Source of the DNA: Candidatus Latescibacterota bacterium
Lineage (GTDB): Bacteria; Latescibacterota; UBA2968; UBA8231
Direction: 5' to 3'
NCBI GenBank assembly: GCA_965200315.1
Contig: OZ241362.1
Span: forward strand, 2,464,001 to 2,528,000
Length of the DNA stretch: 64,000 nucleotides
Made by a program: the position numbers and the translations under genes. Below the pieces are notes generated by a model. It was not told the DNA's origin. It searched no databases and saw only the letters and a program-made list of their open reading frames with translations. Below, in pieces: positions 1 to 9,809 of this stretch (its first letter is position 1; each line of letters opens with the position of its first letter).

Positions 1-690
1 ATGGAGCGATGCACTGCCGATCTGGCCGAGGGCCTGCACCGCGACATAGCGCACCTCGTTCGAGGGGTCCACTGACATGCGAATGACTTCTTCCACTGCG
101 TCGCGGTACCCGTAGGCGCGCAGGCTCTGCAGGGCGGCGACCCGCCACTTGGGCTTGGGAGCGCGCAAGGCGCGGCGCACCACGCGGAAAGCCGAGTCGC
201 TCAAGGCCGGCTCAGCGTCGTACGAATGGCACGGCCCGAGCGCACCGAGCACATATTGACGCACTTCCACCGTGGGATCGCGCGCGTACTTGAGCAACGG
301 GGCGAGCGCGGCGGGTGCTCCAATCTGGCCCAACGCCCACGCCGCGGCCGCCGCCACGCGCGGCGACTTGTCTTTTAGAGCCTTGACCAACGTCGCCACG
401 GCGCGCTCATCCTTAAAGCGGCCCAACAGGTGCATTACCTCAAACCGCACGCGGATGTATTCGGAATCGGCTTCCTCAATCAGCAGGGGAACGACCTCGT
501 CGGCGTCGAAGCGGATGAGCTGGTTGGCGGCTTTGATGCGCTCGGCTTTTTGCAGGCTTCTGAGCTGGTGAATGTACTCTTCGGGCGAGGGGCCTCCACA
601 CGCGATGCCCAAGCCCGCGCCCACTAGCAAGGCCCCAAGCGCGAGCCGCGCACTGCCACATTTTTGCCTGTCGAAAAAAGTGCCCGCCAT
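1..690 (-). CDS. HEAT-repeat lipoprotein (runs off window edge)
   Basis: Not in the ORF track because it has no stop inside the window. ATG at 690 gives MAGTFFDRQKCGSARLALGALLVGAGLGIAC (lipobox), then HEAT-like repeats (VRFEVMHLLG, VAAAAAWALGQIG, VRYVAVQALGQIG). Confidence 0.85.
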   Translation of the reverse strand, partial: MAGTFFDRQKCGSARLALGALLVGAGLGIACGGPSPEEYIHQLRSLQKAERIKAANQLIRFDADEVVPLLIEEADSEYIRVRFEVMHLLGRFKDERAVATLVKALKDKSPRVAAAAAWALGQIGAPAALAPLLKYARDPTVEVRQYVLGALGPCHSYDAEPALSDSAFRVVRRALRAPKPKWRVAALQSLRAYGYRDAVEEVIRMSVDPSNEVRYVAVQALGQIGSASLH

Positions 691-822
691 ACCGCGTTTT
701 CTATCGCTGAGGTAAAAATTTGTGGAACCGTCTAAGGAGCTTGCGGAGGCTGATTTTGTTCAATTACGTATAGTAAAGATAAGGGCCGCCCATAACACCG
801 TCCACTGCACCGGTCTCCGTCT

Positions 823-851
823 TTGACAATACTACTAAGGAGTTTTATACT
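823..851 (+). promoter_or_regulatory. sigma70-type promoter
   Basis: TTGACA-17 nt-TATACT, upstream of an AGGAGG RBS (871-876) and the ATG at 883. Confidence 0.75.
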
Positions 852-882
852 TTTTCGAGCGCTATTTCACAGGAGGTTTATC

Positions 883-1158
883 ATGCACTTGGAACTAATT
901 TACTGCTCTGCCTGAGGCTACGAAGACAAAGCCGTCAGTTTGGCGGAACAACTGCTCGTAGCATTCAAAAAAGACATCGCCGCTTTTGCGCTGATTCCCT
1001 CCGACCGAGGAAAGTTTGAAATCAGCCTCGATGGCGAGCTCATTTTCTCCAAGATTCAACAGGGCCGCTTCCCCGCTTTCGCCGAAGTCACCGCCGAGAT
1101 CAACGGCCGCAATGGGAACCAGCGCGGAGACGCTTATTCGTCTGATTGCTGCGGCTAG
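883..1158 (+). CDS. Rdx (SelT/SelW/SelH) family selenoprotein, CxxU
   Basis: AGGAGG RBS and ATG 883 give MHLELIYCSA-TGA(913-915)-GYEDKAVSLAEQLL, in frame with track ORF 940..1158. The C-terminal part GKFEISLDGELIFSK..GRFP is typical of Rdx proteins. Confidence 0.9.
932..947 (+). promoter_or_regulatory. candidate SECIS hairpin of the Rdx gene
   Basis: CCGTCA-GTT-TGGCGG stem-loop starting at +17 after the UGA. The same CCG..CAGTT..GCGGA motif sits at the same spacing in selD. Confidence 0.6.
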
Positions 1159-1226
1159 GTCGCGGTCAAAATCAACGGCCCTTTTCTCTTTTCTCGCCCA
1201 TCCCTTAGCCAGCTTTCGCAGGAGAC

Positions 1227-2291
1227 TTGGCCTTGAAGTACTGTCGCTTGCTCAGTTTCGCACTCGCGCTTTTGAACGCACCGGCTCTCGCCCAATCGCC
1301 CGAAGCCCTCAACTACTTCCGCACCGGCTACGACTTGGTCAAAAAGGGCAGCTTTCGCAACGCCGTCATCGAGCTCGAAAAGGCCGTGGCGGCCGATTCC
1401 TCCTACGGAAACGCTCACTATGTCCTCGGCATTTCCTACAAGGCCCTCAACGAGTACGACAAAGCCATTGGCAGTTTTACCGCAGCCCATGCCCTCAGCA
1501 TCAAGCCGGAGCAGGCCGCTAAGGCCCTAGGCCAGCTCTATCAAAAGGCTGCCCTCAACAGCTTTCGCCAAAAGAAATACCGCGAGTCCATCAACTATTT
1601 TACTAAAGTGCGCGACTACGGCCCACAAAGCGCCCAAGCCCTCTACGTCATGGGCCTTGCCCACAGCGGCCTGCACGAGAAAGACAAGGCCAAAGTGGCC
1701 TTTGCCGAGGCCATAGCGGCCGATCCCACCGACGCCAGACCCTACAACGCCCTCGGCGACATCCAGCGCCTCAACCGCGACTACGGCAAATCCATCGTCA
1801 CCTACCAGCGTTCCATAGAAGCCGACCCCACGTACATGGAATCGTACGGCGACTTGGCGCGATTGAAGTTCGATACCCAAGATATAGAGGGCGTCGTACC
1901 GCTTTTGCAAAAGGCCCTAAAGATCGACGACACGTACGCCGAAGGACACCGCTTGCTCGGCATTGCGCTCAACCAGCTCGGCCGTTTCCACGAGGCCATC
2001 GCCCCGCTGAACAAGGCCTCCGATTTAGACAACACCTACTGCGAGACGCATTACCGGCTCGGCGAGGCGCACTACGGCATGGGCAACTTCCGCCAAGCCA
2101 TTGAGCACGGCCGGCGCGCCACGAGTTGTCAAGCGGACTACCGAGCCGCCGAAGTGCTGCTGGGCGACGCGCATTTTCAGCTCGGCCAACGAGAAGAAGC
2201 GCGGCGCTGGTACAACCGAGCGGTGAACGACAGCCGCTACAAGGACTACGCGGCGAGCAAACTGGCAGAGATCGACGAGCAGCCCCAATAG
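1227..2291 (+). CDS. Secreted tetratricopeptide-repeat protein
   Basis: Signal peptide (ALA-Q) followed by multiple TPR motifs (AHYVLGISY, YNALGDI, HYRLGEAHY). Confidence 0.85.
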   Translation: MALKYCRLLSFALALLNAPALAQSPEALNYFRTGYDLVKKGSFRNAVIELEKAVAADSSYGNAHYVLGISYKALNEYDKAIGSFTAAHALSIKPEQAAKALGQLYQKAALNSFRQKKYRESINYFTKVRDYGPQSAQALYVMGLAHSGLHEKDKAKVAFAEAIAADPTDARPYNALGDIQRLNRDYGKSIVTYQRSIEADPTYMESYGDLARLKFDTQDIEGVVPLLQKALKIDDTYAEGHRLLGIALNQLGRFHEAIAPLNKASDLDNTYCETHYRLGEAHYGMGNFRQAIEHGRRATSCQADYRAAEVLLGDAHFQLGQREEARRWYNRAVNDSRYKDYAASKLAEIDEQPQ

Positions 2292-2297
2292 GCCGCA

Positions 2298-2906
2298 ATG
2301 GCGCTGCTTCTGGCCTCGAACAACGCCGGCAAGCTGCGCGAAGTCCGCGCCCTACTCGCCGATATCGAGGTCGTCGCGCCGGCTTCGTTGGGCCTTGAAC
2401 TCGACGTCGAGGAAAGCGGCCAGACCTTTGCCGCCAACGCCCAACTCAAGGCCCGTGCCTATGCCGCGGCCAGCGGCCAGATCGCCCTCGCCGACGACTC
2501 TGGGCTCGAGGTCGATGCCCTCGCCGGTGCTCCCGGGATCTACTCGGCTCGCTACGGCGGCCCCAACCTCGACGACGCCGGCCGCTGCCAACTCTTACTC
2601 ACCGAGCTTGTGCCCTATCCCGAGCCTGCGCAGCGCCAAGCTAGGTTCCGCTGCGTCCTCTGTGCAGTAAGTCCCGATGGCCGCCAGTGCCGTGCCGAAG
2701 GCTCGTGTGAAGGGCTGATCGCCCCGGCCCCAGCCGGCACCAACGGCTTTGGCTACGATCCGGTCTTTTTTGTCCCCGCCTACGGCAAAACCATGGCCCA
2801 GCTCGACCCGCACGTAAAAAACCGCCTCAGTCACCGCGCCGAGGCGCTGGCAGCCATGCGCCCGCTCCTCGCCAGCACCTTTACCGAGCTAGCCCTCGCC
2901 CGCTGA
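2298..2906 (+). CDS. rdgB: Non-canonical purine NTP pyrophosphatase (RdgB/Ham1)
   Basis: ASNNAGKLRE, ADDSGL, GFGYDPVF and KNRLSHR motifs. Confidence 0.95.
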   Translation: MALLLASNNAGKLREVRALLADIEVVAPASLGLELDVEESGQTFAANAQLKARAYAAASGQIALADDSGLEVDALAGAPGIYSARYGGPNLDDAGRCQLLLTELVPYPEPAQRQARFRCVLCAVSPDGRQCRAEGSCEGLIAPAPAGTNGFGYDPVFFVPAYGKTMAQLDPHVKNRLSHRAEALAAMRPLLASTFTELALAR

Positions 2907-4642
2907 TGTTTGGTCCGTTTTCCCAATACGTCCGTCCCTATCGCGGTCGCATCCTGCTCGGCTCGCTCTGCATCGGGCTGGGGCAGGCGGCAACCGCACG
3001 CATCCCGCTGCTGGTGGGTGATGCCGTTGATGCGGTCACCGCGCCGGATACGGCCTCCGGGGAAGTAGCAACCTACGTCTTCTACATCCTCGCCTGCGCC
3101 TTGGGCGTGGCCCTGTGCGGCTACGCCATGCGGATGTTCTTAGGCCGCGCTGCCAATCGCATCGAATACGACATCCGCATCGCGTATTTTGCTCACCTAC
3201 TCAAGCTGCCGCTGTCGTACTACCAGCAGCGCCGCACCGGTGACCTCATGGCGCGGGCGACCAACGATCTCCACTCTGTGCATCTTTTTTGGGTCTATGG
3301 CATTCGCGGCATCGTCGATACCGCCTTGGGCCTGACCTTCACACTCGCCTGTATGTGCTTGCTCGACTGGAAGCTGGCTCTATTGGTGCTTTTGCCCATG
3401 CCGCTTTTTAGCGTCGTGATGATCCGCATTGCCGCGGTCATCAACACCCGCTACAAGGCCATCCAAGAGTACTTCGGCCGCATCAGCACCTTCATCCAAG
3501 AAAACCTCTCCGGCATCCGCGTGGTCAAGGCATACACCCAAGAGCCCGCGCAAAACGCCGCGTTCGACCAACTCAACTTGGCGTACCTCGAAAAAAACCG
3601 CGCCTACATCCTCACCCGCGCCAACTACCGACCGCTTTCCTACGTCATCGCCTCGCTGTGCTTGGGGCTAAATTTGTGGCTGGGCGGGCGCGCAGTCATC
3701 GACGGCGAACTCAGCCTAGGGGCCTTCGTGGCCTTCAACGCCTACCTGACCCAGCTCATCCGCCCGATCATGTACATCGGCTGGGGCATCGACCGCGCCC
3801 AGCGCGCCCTCGTATCCATGCAGCGCATCAACGAAATCCTCGCTGTCGAGCCTGAGATCCAAGACCACGCCTTGCCTCCGGCAACGCCGCGGCCAATCGC
3901 CGGGCACATCGCCTTCCGCAAGCTCAACTTTTCCTACGGCGAAGAGCAAGTCCTGCATCAGATTGATCTCGAAATTCCCCAAGGCACGACCCTCGGCATC
4001 ATCGGCCGGGTCGGCTCGGGCAAGACCACCTTGGCGCGCCTCGTGCCGCGCTTGATCCAAGCCGAGCCAAGGCAGCTCCTCATCGACGGGGTGCCGATCG
4101 AGGAATGGCCCCTAGCGATTTTGCGCGACGCCATCGGCTACGTCCCGCAAAATCCCTTTCTGTTTTCCAATACCCTCAGCGCCAACCTCGCCTACGGCGC
4201 GGACTCGGCCGCCGAGGCCCAGATCCACGCTGTGGCCGAAGAGACCCAGCTCAAAAAGGATATTGACCAGTTCGACGATGGCTTCGACACCCTCATCGGC
4301 GAGCGCGGGGTCACCCTGTCTGGCGGTCAGAAGCAGCGCACGACCTTGGCCCGCGCGCTCATTCGCCGGCCGCAGATTCTCATCCTCGACGATGCGCTCT
4401 CCGCGGTGGATACCCACACTGAAGAAGCAATCCTCGACCATTTGCACACCCTCATGCAGGGCCGCACCACCCTCATCATCGCCCACCGCATCTCGACCCT
4501 GCGCCACGCCGACCGCATCGCCGTGCTTGAAGACGGTCGCATCGCCGAACTCGGTACCCACGACGAACTGGTCAACAGCGGCGGCTTCTACGCCGAGTTG
4601 TACCAGCACCAGCAGCTTAGGGCCGAGTTAGAAACGCTGTGA
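2906..4642 (+). CDS. ABC exporter, fused permease/ATPase subunit 1
   Basis: TM domain plus GRVGSGKT, LSGGQKQ and ILDD (degenerate Walker B). Confidence 0.9.
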   Translation: MFGPFSQYVRPYRGRILLGSLCIGLGQAATARIPLLVGDAVDAVTAPDTASGEVATYVFYILACALGVALCGYAMRMFLGRAANRIEYDIRIAYFAHLLKLPLSYYQQRRTGDLMARATNDLHSVHLFWVYGIRGIVDTALGLTFTLACMCLLDWKLALLVLLPMPLFSVVMIRIAAVINTRYKAIQEYFGRISTFIQENLSGIRVVKAYTQEPAQNAAFDQLNLAYLEKNRAYILTRANYRPLSYVIASLCLGLNLWLGGRAVIDGELSLGAFVAFNAYLTQLIRPIMYIGWGIDRAQRALVSMQRINEILAVEPEIQDHALPPATPRPIAGHIAFRKLNFSYGEEQVLHQIDLEIPQGTTLGIIGRVGSGKTTLARLVPRLIQAEPRQLLIDGVPIEEWPLAILRDAIGYVPQNPFLFSNTLSANLAYGADSAAEAQIHAVAEETQLKKDIDQFDDGFDTLIGERGVTLSGGQKQRTTLARALIRRPQILILDDALSAVDTHTEEAILDHLHTLMQGRTTLIIAHRISTLRHADRIAVLEDGRIAELGTHDELVNSGGFYAELYQHQQLRAELETL

Positions 4643-6423
4643 GCACCGAACTCAACAAAGAAGAAGAAATCCAAGAACGCGCCTTCAATTTGGGGCTGAC
4701 GCTGCAACTATTGGGGTATCTCAAACCCCACCGAGGGCACGTTATCCTCGCCTTTGGCACCATTGCCCTCGCCGCAGGCTTCGGCCAAGTCGGCCCCTAT
4801 ATCACGCAGGTAGCGGTTGACGACTACATCGCCATCGGCGACTGGGCGGGGTTGCGGTGGATGATCGCGGCCTTTTTTGGCAGCGTCGCCGTGCAGTACG
4901 GCGCTCAATACGCCCAGACCTTGGTCACCGGCATGATCGGCCAGCACGTCATGTACGACATGCGCCGCGACCTGTTTGCCCACCTGCAAAAGCTGCCGCT
5001 GCGCTACTTCGACCGCACACCGCTGGGGCGGGTTATGACCCGCGCCACCAACGACATCGACGCCCTCAACGAGTTTTTTAGCGAGGGCGTCGTCTCGGTC
5101 TTTATGGACCTTTTCACCCTGCTGGCCATCATCGGCTTCATGGCCTATATCGACTTTGAGCTGGCCCTGCTCTGCTGCACGGTGGTCCCGGTCATCGCCG
5201 TCTCGACCTTCTACCTCCAGGGCCTCGCCATGCGCGCCTATCGCGAGTTGCGAACGCGCTTGGCGCGGCTCAATGCCTATTTGCAGGAGAACATTACCGG
5301 CGTGGAGGTGGTGCAGCTCTTCAACCGCCAGCAACGCAATTTGCGCGACTTCGACGCCGAGCATCTGCCCTATCGCCGTGCCGAAGACCGCGAAATTCAC
5401 TGCTTTGCCGTCTTCTTTCCCCTCACCGAATTACTCGGCACGGTCGGCATGGCGCTGGTGCTGTGGTACGGGGCCTCGGACGTCCTCGACAGCCGTATCG
5501 AACTGGGGGTGTTGGTGGCCTTTCTCCAGTACATCCGCCGCTTTTTCCGCCCGATCATGGACATCTCCGACCGCTATGCCTTGCTACAGAGCGCCATGGC
5601 CGCGTCCGAACGCATCTTCGAGATATTGGCCGTCCCCAGCGAACCCGCTGGCGGACCGCGGCGCAAGCTGCCCGCAGCCAGCCGCGGCGGCGCGATTGAA
5701 TTCCGCAACGTGTTCTTCAAGTACGATCCAGCAGCCGAAGACTGGATTCTCAAGGATGTCTCGTTTGAATTACAGGCTGGGCAGAGCATGGCACTGGTCG
5801 GAGCCACCGGCTCGGGCAAGACCACCATCGTCAGCCTCCTCTGCCGCTTCTATGACATCCAGCGCGGCGAAATCCTCGTCGATGGCCGCGACGTGCGTCA
5901 GTGGTACGCGGGCGAATTGCGCCGTCGCATCAGCATCGTCCAGCAGGAGGTCTTCCTGTTTTCAGGGAGTGTCAGCGGCAACATCCGCCTCGGCGAGGAC
6001 GCCATCGACGACGCCCAAGTCGAGCGCGCGGCTCGCTACGTCAACGCCGCGCCCTTTATCGAACGCCTCCCCCAAGGCTACGCCCACACCGTGGCCGAAG
6101 GCGGCTCGACCTTGTCGGCCGGGCAGCGCCAGTTGTTGGCCTTTGCCCGCGCCTTAGCCTTCGACCCGGAAATCCTCGTCCTCGACGAGGCCACCTCCAG
6201 TATCGACACCGAGACCGAATTGCTCATCCAAGACGCCATCGCCAAGTTGATGAGCGAGCGCACTTCCATAGTCATCGCCCACCGCCTCTCGACCATCCGC
6301 AGTGCCGACCAGATCTTGGTGATGCACCGCGGCGAGGTGCGCGAGCGAGGCCGCCATGAAGAACTATTGCTCCAAGACGGCATCTACGCACGCCTCTACC
6401 GCCTCAACTACGGCCAATCTTAG
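4639..6423 (+). CDS. ABC exporter, fused permease/ATPase subunit 2 (heterodimer partner)
   Basis: TM domain plus GATGSGKT, LSAGQRQ and LDEAT; GTGA overlap with the preceding gene. Confidence 0.9.
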   Translation: MSTELNKEEEIQERAFNLGLTLQLLGYLKPHRGHVILAFGTIALAAGFGQVGPYITQVAVDDYIAIGDWAGLRWMIAAFFGSVAVQYGAQYAQTLVTGMIGQHVMYDMRRDLFAHLQKLPLRYFDRTPLGRVMTRATNDIDALNEFFSEGVVSVFMDLFTLLAIIGFMAYIDFELALLCCTVVPVIAVSTFYLQGLAMRAYRELRTRLARLNAYLQENITGVEVVQLFNRQQRNLRDFDAEHLPYRRAEDREIHCFAVFFPLTELLGTVGMALVLWYGASDVLDSRIELGVLVAFLQYIRRFFRPIMDISDRYALLQSAMAASERIFEILAVPSEPAGGPRRKLPAASRGGAIEFRNVFFKYDPAAEDWILKDVSFELQAGQSMALVGATGSGKTTIVSLLCRFYDIQRGEILVDGRDVRQWYAGELRRRISIVQQEVFLFSGSVSGNIRLGEDAIDDAQVERAARYVNAAPFIERLPQGYAHTVAEGGSTLSAGQRQLLAFARALAFDPEILVLDEATSSIDTETELLIQDAIAKLMSERTSIVIAHRLSTIRSADQILVMHRGEVRERGRHEELLLQDGIYARLYRLNYGQS

Positions 6424-6425
6424 CG

Positions 6426-6677
6426 CTAGGCCGCCTCGTCTTCCTGTGGGGCTTTCTTTTCAAACCGCGACGCCACCCCGTCCATAGCCTTCACCACTTG
6501 GTCGCGCGTCTCTTCGGCTTGGCGCACGATCAAGCGCCGGGTATCCTCGCCCTTGCTCGGGGCCAGTAAAACGCCTATGGCCGCACCGACCGCGACGCCG
6601 GCCACAAAACCAGCTAAGAGGCACGTCGTGCCGTTGGTTGAATGCTGCTGCTTCGGATAAATTTTTTCGTAGAACAT
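6426..6677 (-). CDS. YtxH-domain protein
   Basis: GFVAGVAVGAAIGVLLAPSKGEDTR signature; AAGGAG RBS. Confidence 0.85.
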   Translation of the reverse strand: MFYEKIYPKQQHSTNGTTCLLAGFVAGVAVGAAIGVLLAPSKGEDTRRLIVRQAEETRDQVVKAMDGVASRFEKKAPQEDEAA

Positions 6678-6871
6678 ATAAAGCTCCTTTAGCTTATTAG
6701 GTGGTAATGTCTATGAACAAAACCTACTTACGAATGCGGGGCCGCCCAAAAAAGCTACAAAAAAATGGCTTAGCCTGCTCTCTTTATGCGTCCGCGATCA
6801 GCCCGGTATCGCCTAATGGTTGGGTCCGGCCTCGGGATCGCTACTCGTTGATCTGGCAGTTAGGACGAATT

Positions 6872-7483
6872 CTATGCCGAAGAGCCGTCGGGGCTGGTTG
6901 CTAGTGCCAGTCGTTTGAATTCGGAAAGACCTTGGCGATAATCGCCGAACAAAAAGCGGTCAATCTTTTTAAGCTGTGCCTTATTTACTCTGGAACAATC
7001 AACCATCCTGTAAGCCCGCCTATCAGCTCCTGCAACATGCTGTGAAAGATACGCCTTTCTTCCATCATCAATGATTTTGTAATGCGTATCTTGGGGACGC
7101 TCCTGACCCTGACGCACATAGATTAATACACGTGCATCGTTCTTGAATGCTTCCTTGAATTGCAGATCCTCGTCGTAGTTAAACATACATTGAACCCTAA
7201 AATCTTTATTTTTCTCTAGCTTGTCTTTTATAGCGTCAATAAAGCGGCCATCATCATAAAGCGACGACTCTATCTTATTCCCGTCATCATAGAGCTCTAT
7301 TTGCTCCTCGGCTTCGTCCACTAAAGAAATGACTAAGCTTATCGCTTTTTCGTCGTCATTCTTTTCCCAAGGCAAGATTTCGATAGACTGAAGCTGCCAT
7401 AGCCAAACTATCGCATGTATTATTACATAGAGGCAAGGAACAGCGACCACAGCAAGGAACGCCATCAGCAAGATGAGGGTCAT
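6872..7483 (-). CDS. Membrane-anchored protein with a single PLD-like (HxK) domain, AT-rich insert
   Basis: ATG 7483 after AAGGGAGA; N-terminal hydrophobic helix; HYKIIDDGRKAYLS motif; visibly lower GC than the flanks. Confidence 0.6.
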   Translation of the reverse strand: MTLILLMAFLAVVAVPCLYVIIHAIVWLWQLQSIEILPWEKNDDEKAISLVISLVDEAEEQIELYDDGNKIESSLYDDGRFIDAIKDKLEKNKDFRVQCMFNYDEDLQFKEAFKNDARVLIYVRQGQERPQDTHYKIIDDGRKAYLSQHVAGADRRAYRMVDCSRVNKAQLKKIDRFLFGDYRQGLSEFKRLALATSPDGSSA

Positions 7484-7633
7484 TGTTGCATCTCCCTTTA
7501 GGGTTAGGGTTGGGCGAGATAAGAGAGGTGAATGTATTTTATTATAGATATCGAATTGAATAAAACCAATGCAATTTTTATACTTTAAGGCTAAATCTTT
7601 CCCTCTGCCCCCACCAACGCTGAGAGGACTTCT

Positions 7634-9115
7634 ATGGCCCAAGTCCTGAGCATCCCTTCGCACAGCCTCAAAGAGTTTCGCATTCTGCCTGGGTACACGC
7701 CAACCGACGGCAACGCGCCCAACACGTCGCTCAAAACCCGGCTCTGCCGTAAGGGAGACGACTTTCTCTATCTGCACGTGCCTTTCCTCAGCGCTGCCAT
7801 GCAGGCCGTGACCGGCGGCGACATGGCCATTGCCTTGGCCCAGCTAGGCGGCATTGGCATCCTGCCCGTCAGCCAGCCCATTGACGAGCAGGGCGCCAAG
7901 ATCAGCCAAGTCAAGCGCTTCAAGGCCGGCTTTCAGACCGATATTCTCACCCTAGCCCCCGAACAGCCCATTGCCGAGGTCGTCGAGATCATTCACCGCA
8001 CCGGCTATACGACCTTTCCGGTCACCGCCAGCGGCCAGTTCCACGACCAGCTCTTGGGCATCCTCACCGACAAGGACTTTGACGAGCGCCGCGACCTCGA
8101 CTGTCAAGTGGCTTCCCGCATGAAGACCGACGTGCAGGCCGGCCGCGAAATAGGCGACCTCAAGGCCGCCAACGAGCTGATGATCCGCTACGGTCGCGGC
8201 TTCCTGCCCATTCTCTCCAAAGGGGGCATCCTGCAAGCGGTAGTTTTCAAAAAGGACCTCGACAAGCATCTGCGGCACCCCAACGAATCCATCGACGAAA
8301 AGAAGCGCCTGCTCGTCGGCGCGGCCGTCTCCACCCACCCGGAGGATCGCGAGCGGGCCGAAGCCCTCATCGCGCAAGAAGTGGATGTGCTAGTCATCGA
8401 CGCTTCCGACGGCCACACCGAATACCAGCGGCAGATGATCCAATTCCTCAAGGAGCGCACCGACGCCCCGGTCATCGGCGGCAACGTCGTCACTGCCGAA
8501 GGATTTCGCTTCTTGGCCGAGGCCGGTGCCGACGCCGTCAAAGTCGGCATGGGGATCGGTTCGGGCTGCATTACGCAGGAAGTCAAGGCCACAGGCCGCG
8601 GCCAAGGCACGGCCTTGATGGAAATCAACGCGGCGCGCAACCAGTGGCAGCAGGATTGCAACGCCTACTTGCCCATCATTGCCGACGGCGGCATTTCAGG
8701 CCCGGCCGAGATCGCCGTGGCCATGGCCTTGGGTGCCAACGCCGTGATGATGGGGCACTTCTTCGCCGGCTACACCGAGAGCCAAGGCAACCTCGTGCGC
8801 ACCGCGGCCGGCGATGTTGTCAAGGAATACTGGATGGAAGGTTCGCTGCGCGCTCACAACATGCGGCGCTATGCGCAGACGCGAGAGAATTTCTTCGAGG
8901 AGGGCATCTCTGGCTACGTGCCCCACATCGGCTCGATTCACGACAAATTGCCGATCCGCATCCAGATGCTGCGCGCCACCCTCGCCACGGCTGGTTGCCA
9001 CACCATCGACGAGCTACACGAAAAGGCCGTGCTCGAAATGCAGTCTCCCACCGCGCTGATGGACAGCCAGATCCACGACATCGTCCCCACCCAGACTGAC
9101 CAACAGGTTCTCTAG
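7634..9115 (+). CDS. guaB: IMP dehydrogenase with CBS domains
   Basis: SAAMQAV, IDASDG, GGNVV, KVGMGIGSGCIT (catalytic Cys loop), IADGGI and YWMEGS. Confidence 0.9.
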   Translation: MAQVLSIPSHSLKEFRILPGYTPTDGNAPNTSLKTRLCRKGDDFLYLHVPFLSAAMQAVTGGDMAIALAQLGGIGILPVSQPIDEQGAKISQVKRFKAGFQTDILTLAPEQPIAEVVEIIHRTGYTTFPVTASGQFHDQLLGILTDKDFDERRDLDCQVASRMKTDVQAGREIGDLKAANELMIRYGRGFLPILSKGGILQAVVFKKDLDKHLRHPNESIDEKKRLLVGAAVSTHPEDRERAEALIAQEVDVLVIDASDGHTEYQRQMIQFLKERTDAPVIGGNVVTAEGFRFLAEAGADAVKVGMGIGSGCITQEVKATGRGQGTALMEINAARNQWQQDCNAYLPIIADGGISGPAEIAVAMALGANAVMMGHFFAGYTESQGNLVRTAAGDVVKEYWMEGSLRAHNMRRYAQTRENFFEEGISGYVPHIGSIHDKLPIRIQMLRATLATAGCHTIDELHEKAVLEMQSPTALMDSQIHDIVPTQTDQQVL

Positions 9116-9119
9116 GGCT

Positions 9120-9809
9120 ATGCACATACTCATAACCAACGCGACTACCTCGCTCGGCCAAGCCCTAGCCGCTGGCCTTGGCGACGCACATCAACTGCGC
9201 TTGACCGACCCCGATTTAGGGGTCGGAATCCAAAGTGACTTGGGCCACGGCCCAGAGACCGACGCACTCGTCAAAGACATCGACGCCGTCGTCCACCTCG
9301 CCTATGCGCCGCGGGCAGACGACGGCGAGATCACTTGGCTGGACCGCAATACGCGCGGCACGTACAATCTGCTCTTGGCCGCGGCCGCCGCTCAGGTCGA
9401 ACACGTCATTCTCTTGAGTACGCTCGACCTTTTCGCCCCGTACGAAGACGATCTCACCGTTGACGAAACCTGGAAGCCGCGGCCTTCCGGCGCCCCGGCC
9501 GTTCTCGGTGCCCACCTAGCCGAGTTCACGGCCCGCGAATTTGCCCACAGCCACGCGCTCCACATCACCATTGCCCGCCTTGGCCATCTAGTCCGCGCCG
9601 AGGAGATTGCCGGCCAGCCCTACAATCCTATGTGGCTCGACGAGCGCGACGCCGCCCAAGCCGTGGCCCAGATTATAAAAAAAGGGCCTTCCGGCCAGTA
9701 CAGCACCATCCACATCCAGTCCGCGGCGGCACGCGCCCGATTCTCCGTCGGGCACGCCAAGAGCCACCTAGCGTTTGACCCCCAATACAACTTTGAGGCC
9801 AACCCATGA
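9120..9809 (+). CDS. NAD-dependent epimerase/dehydratase family (degenerate Rossmann motif)
   Basis: ILITNATTSLG, DAVVHLA and NTRGTYNLL. Confidence 0.75.
   Translation: MHILITNATTSLGQALAAGLGDAHQLRLTDPDLGVGIQSDLGHGPETDALVKDIDAVVHLAYAPRADDGEITWLDRNTRGTYNLLLAAAAAQVEHVILLSTLDLFAPYEDDLTVDETWKPRPSGAPAVLGAHLAEFTAREFAHSHALHITIARLGHLVRAEEIAGQPYNPMWLDERDAAQAVAQIIKKGPSGQYSTIHIQSAAARARFSVGHAKSHLAFDPQYNFEANP

Noticed and set aside
6811-6865. attC-like inverted pair GCCTAAT...GTTAGGA downstream of the TM-PLD gene
   Set aside because: Both boxes deviate from RYYYAAC/GTTRRRY, the inner arms pair poorly, and there is no second site or integron integrase.
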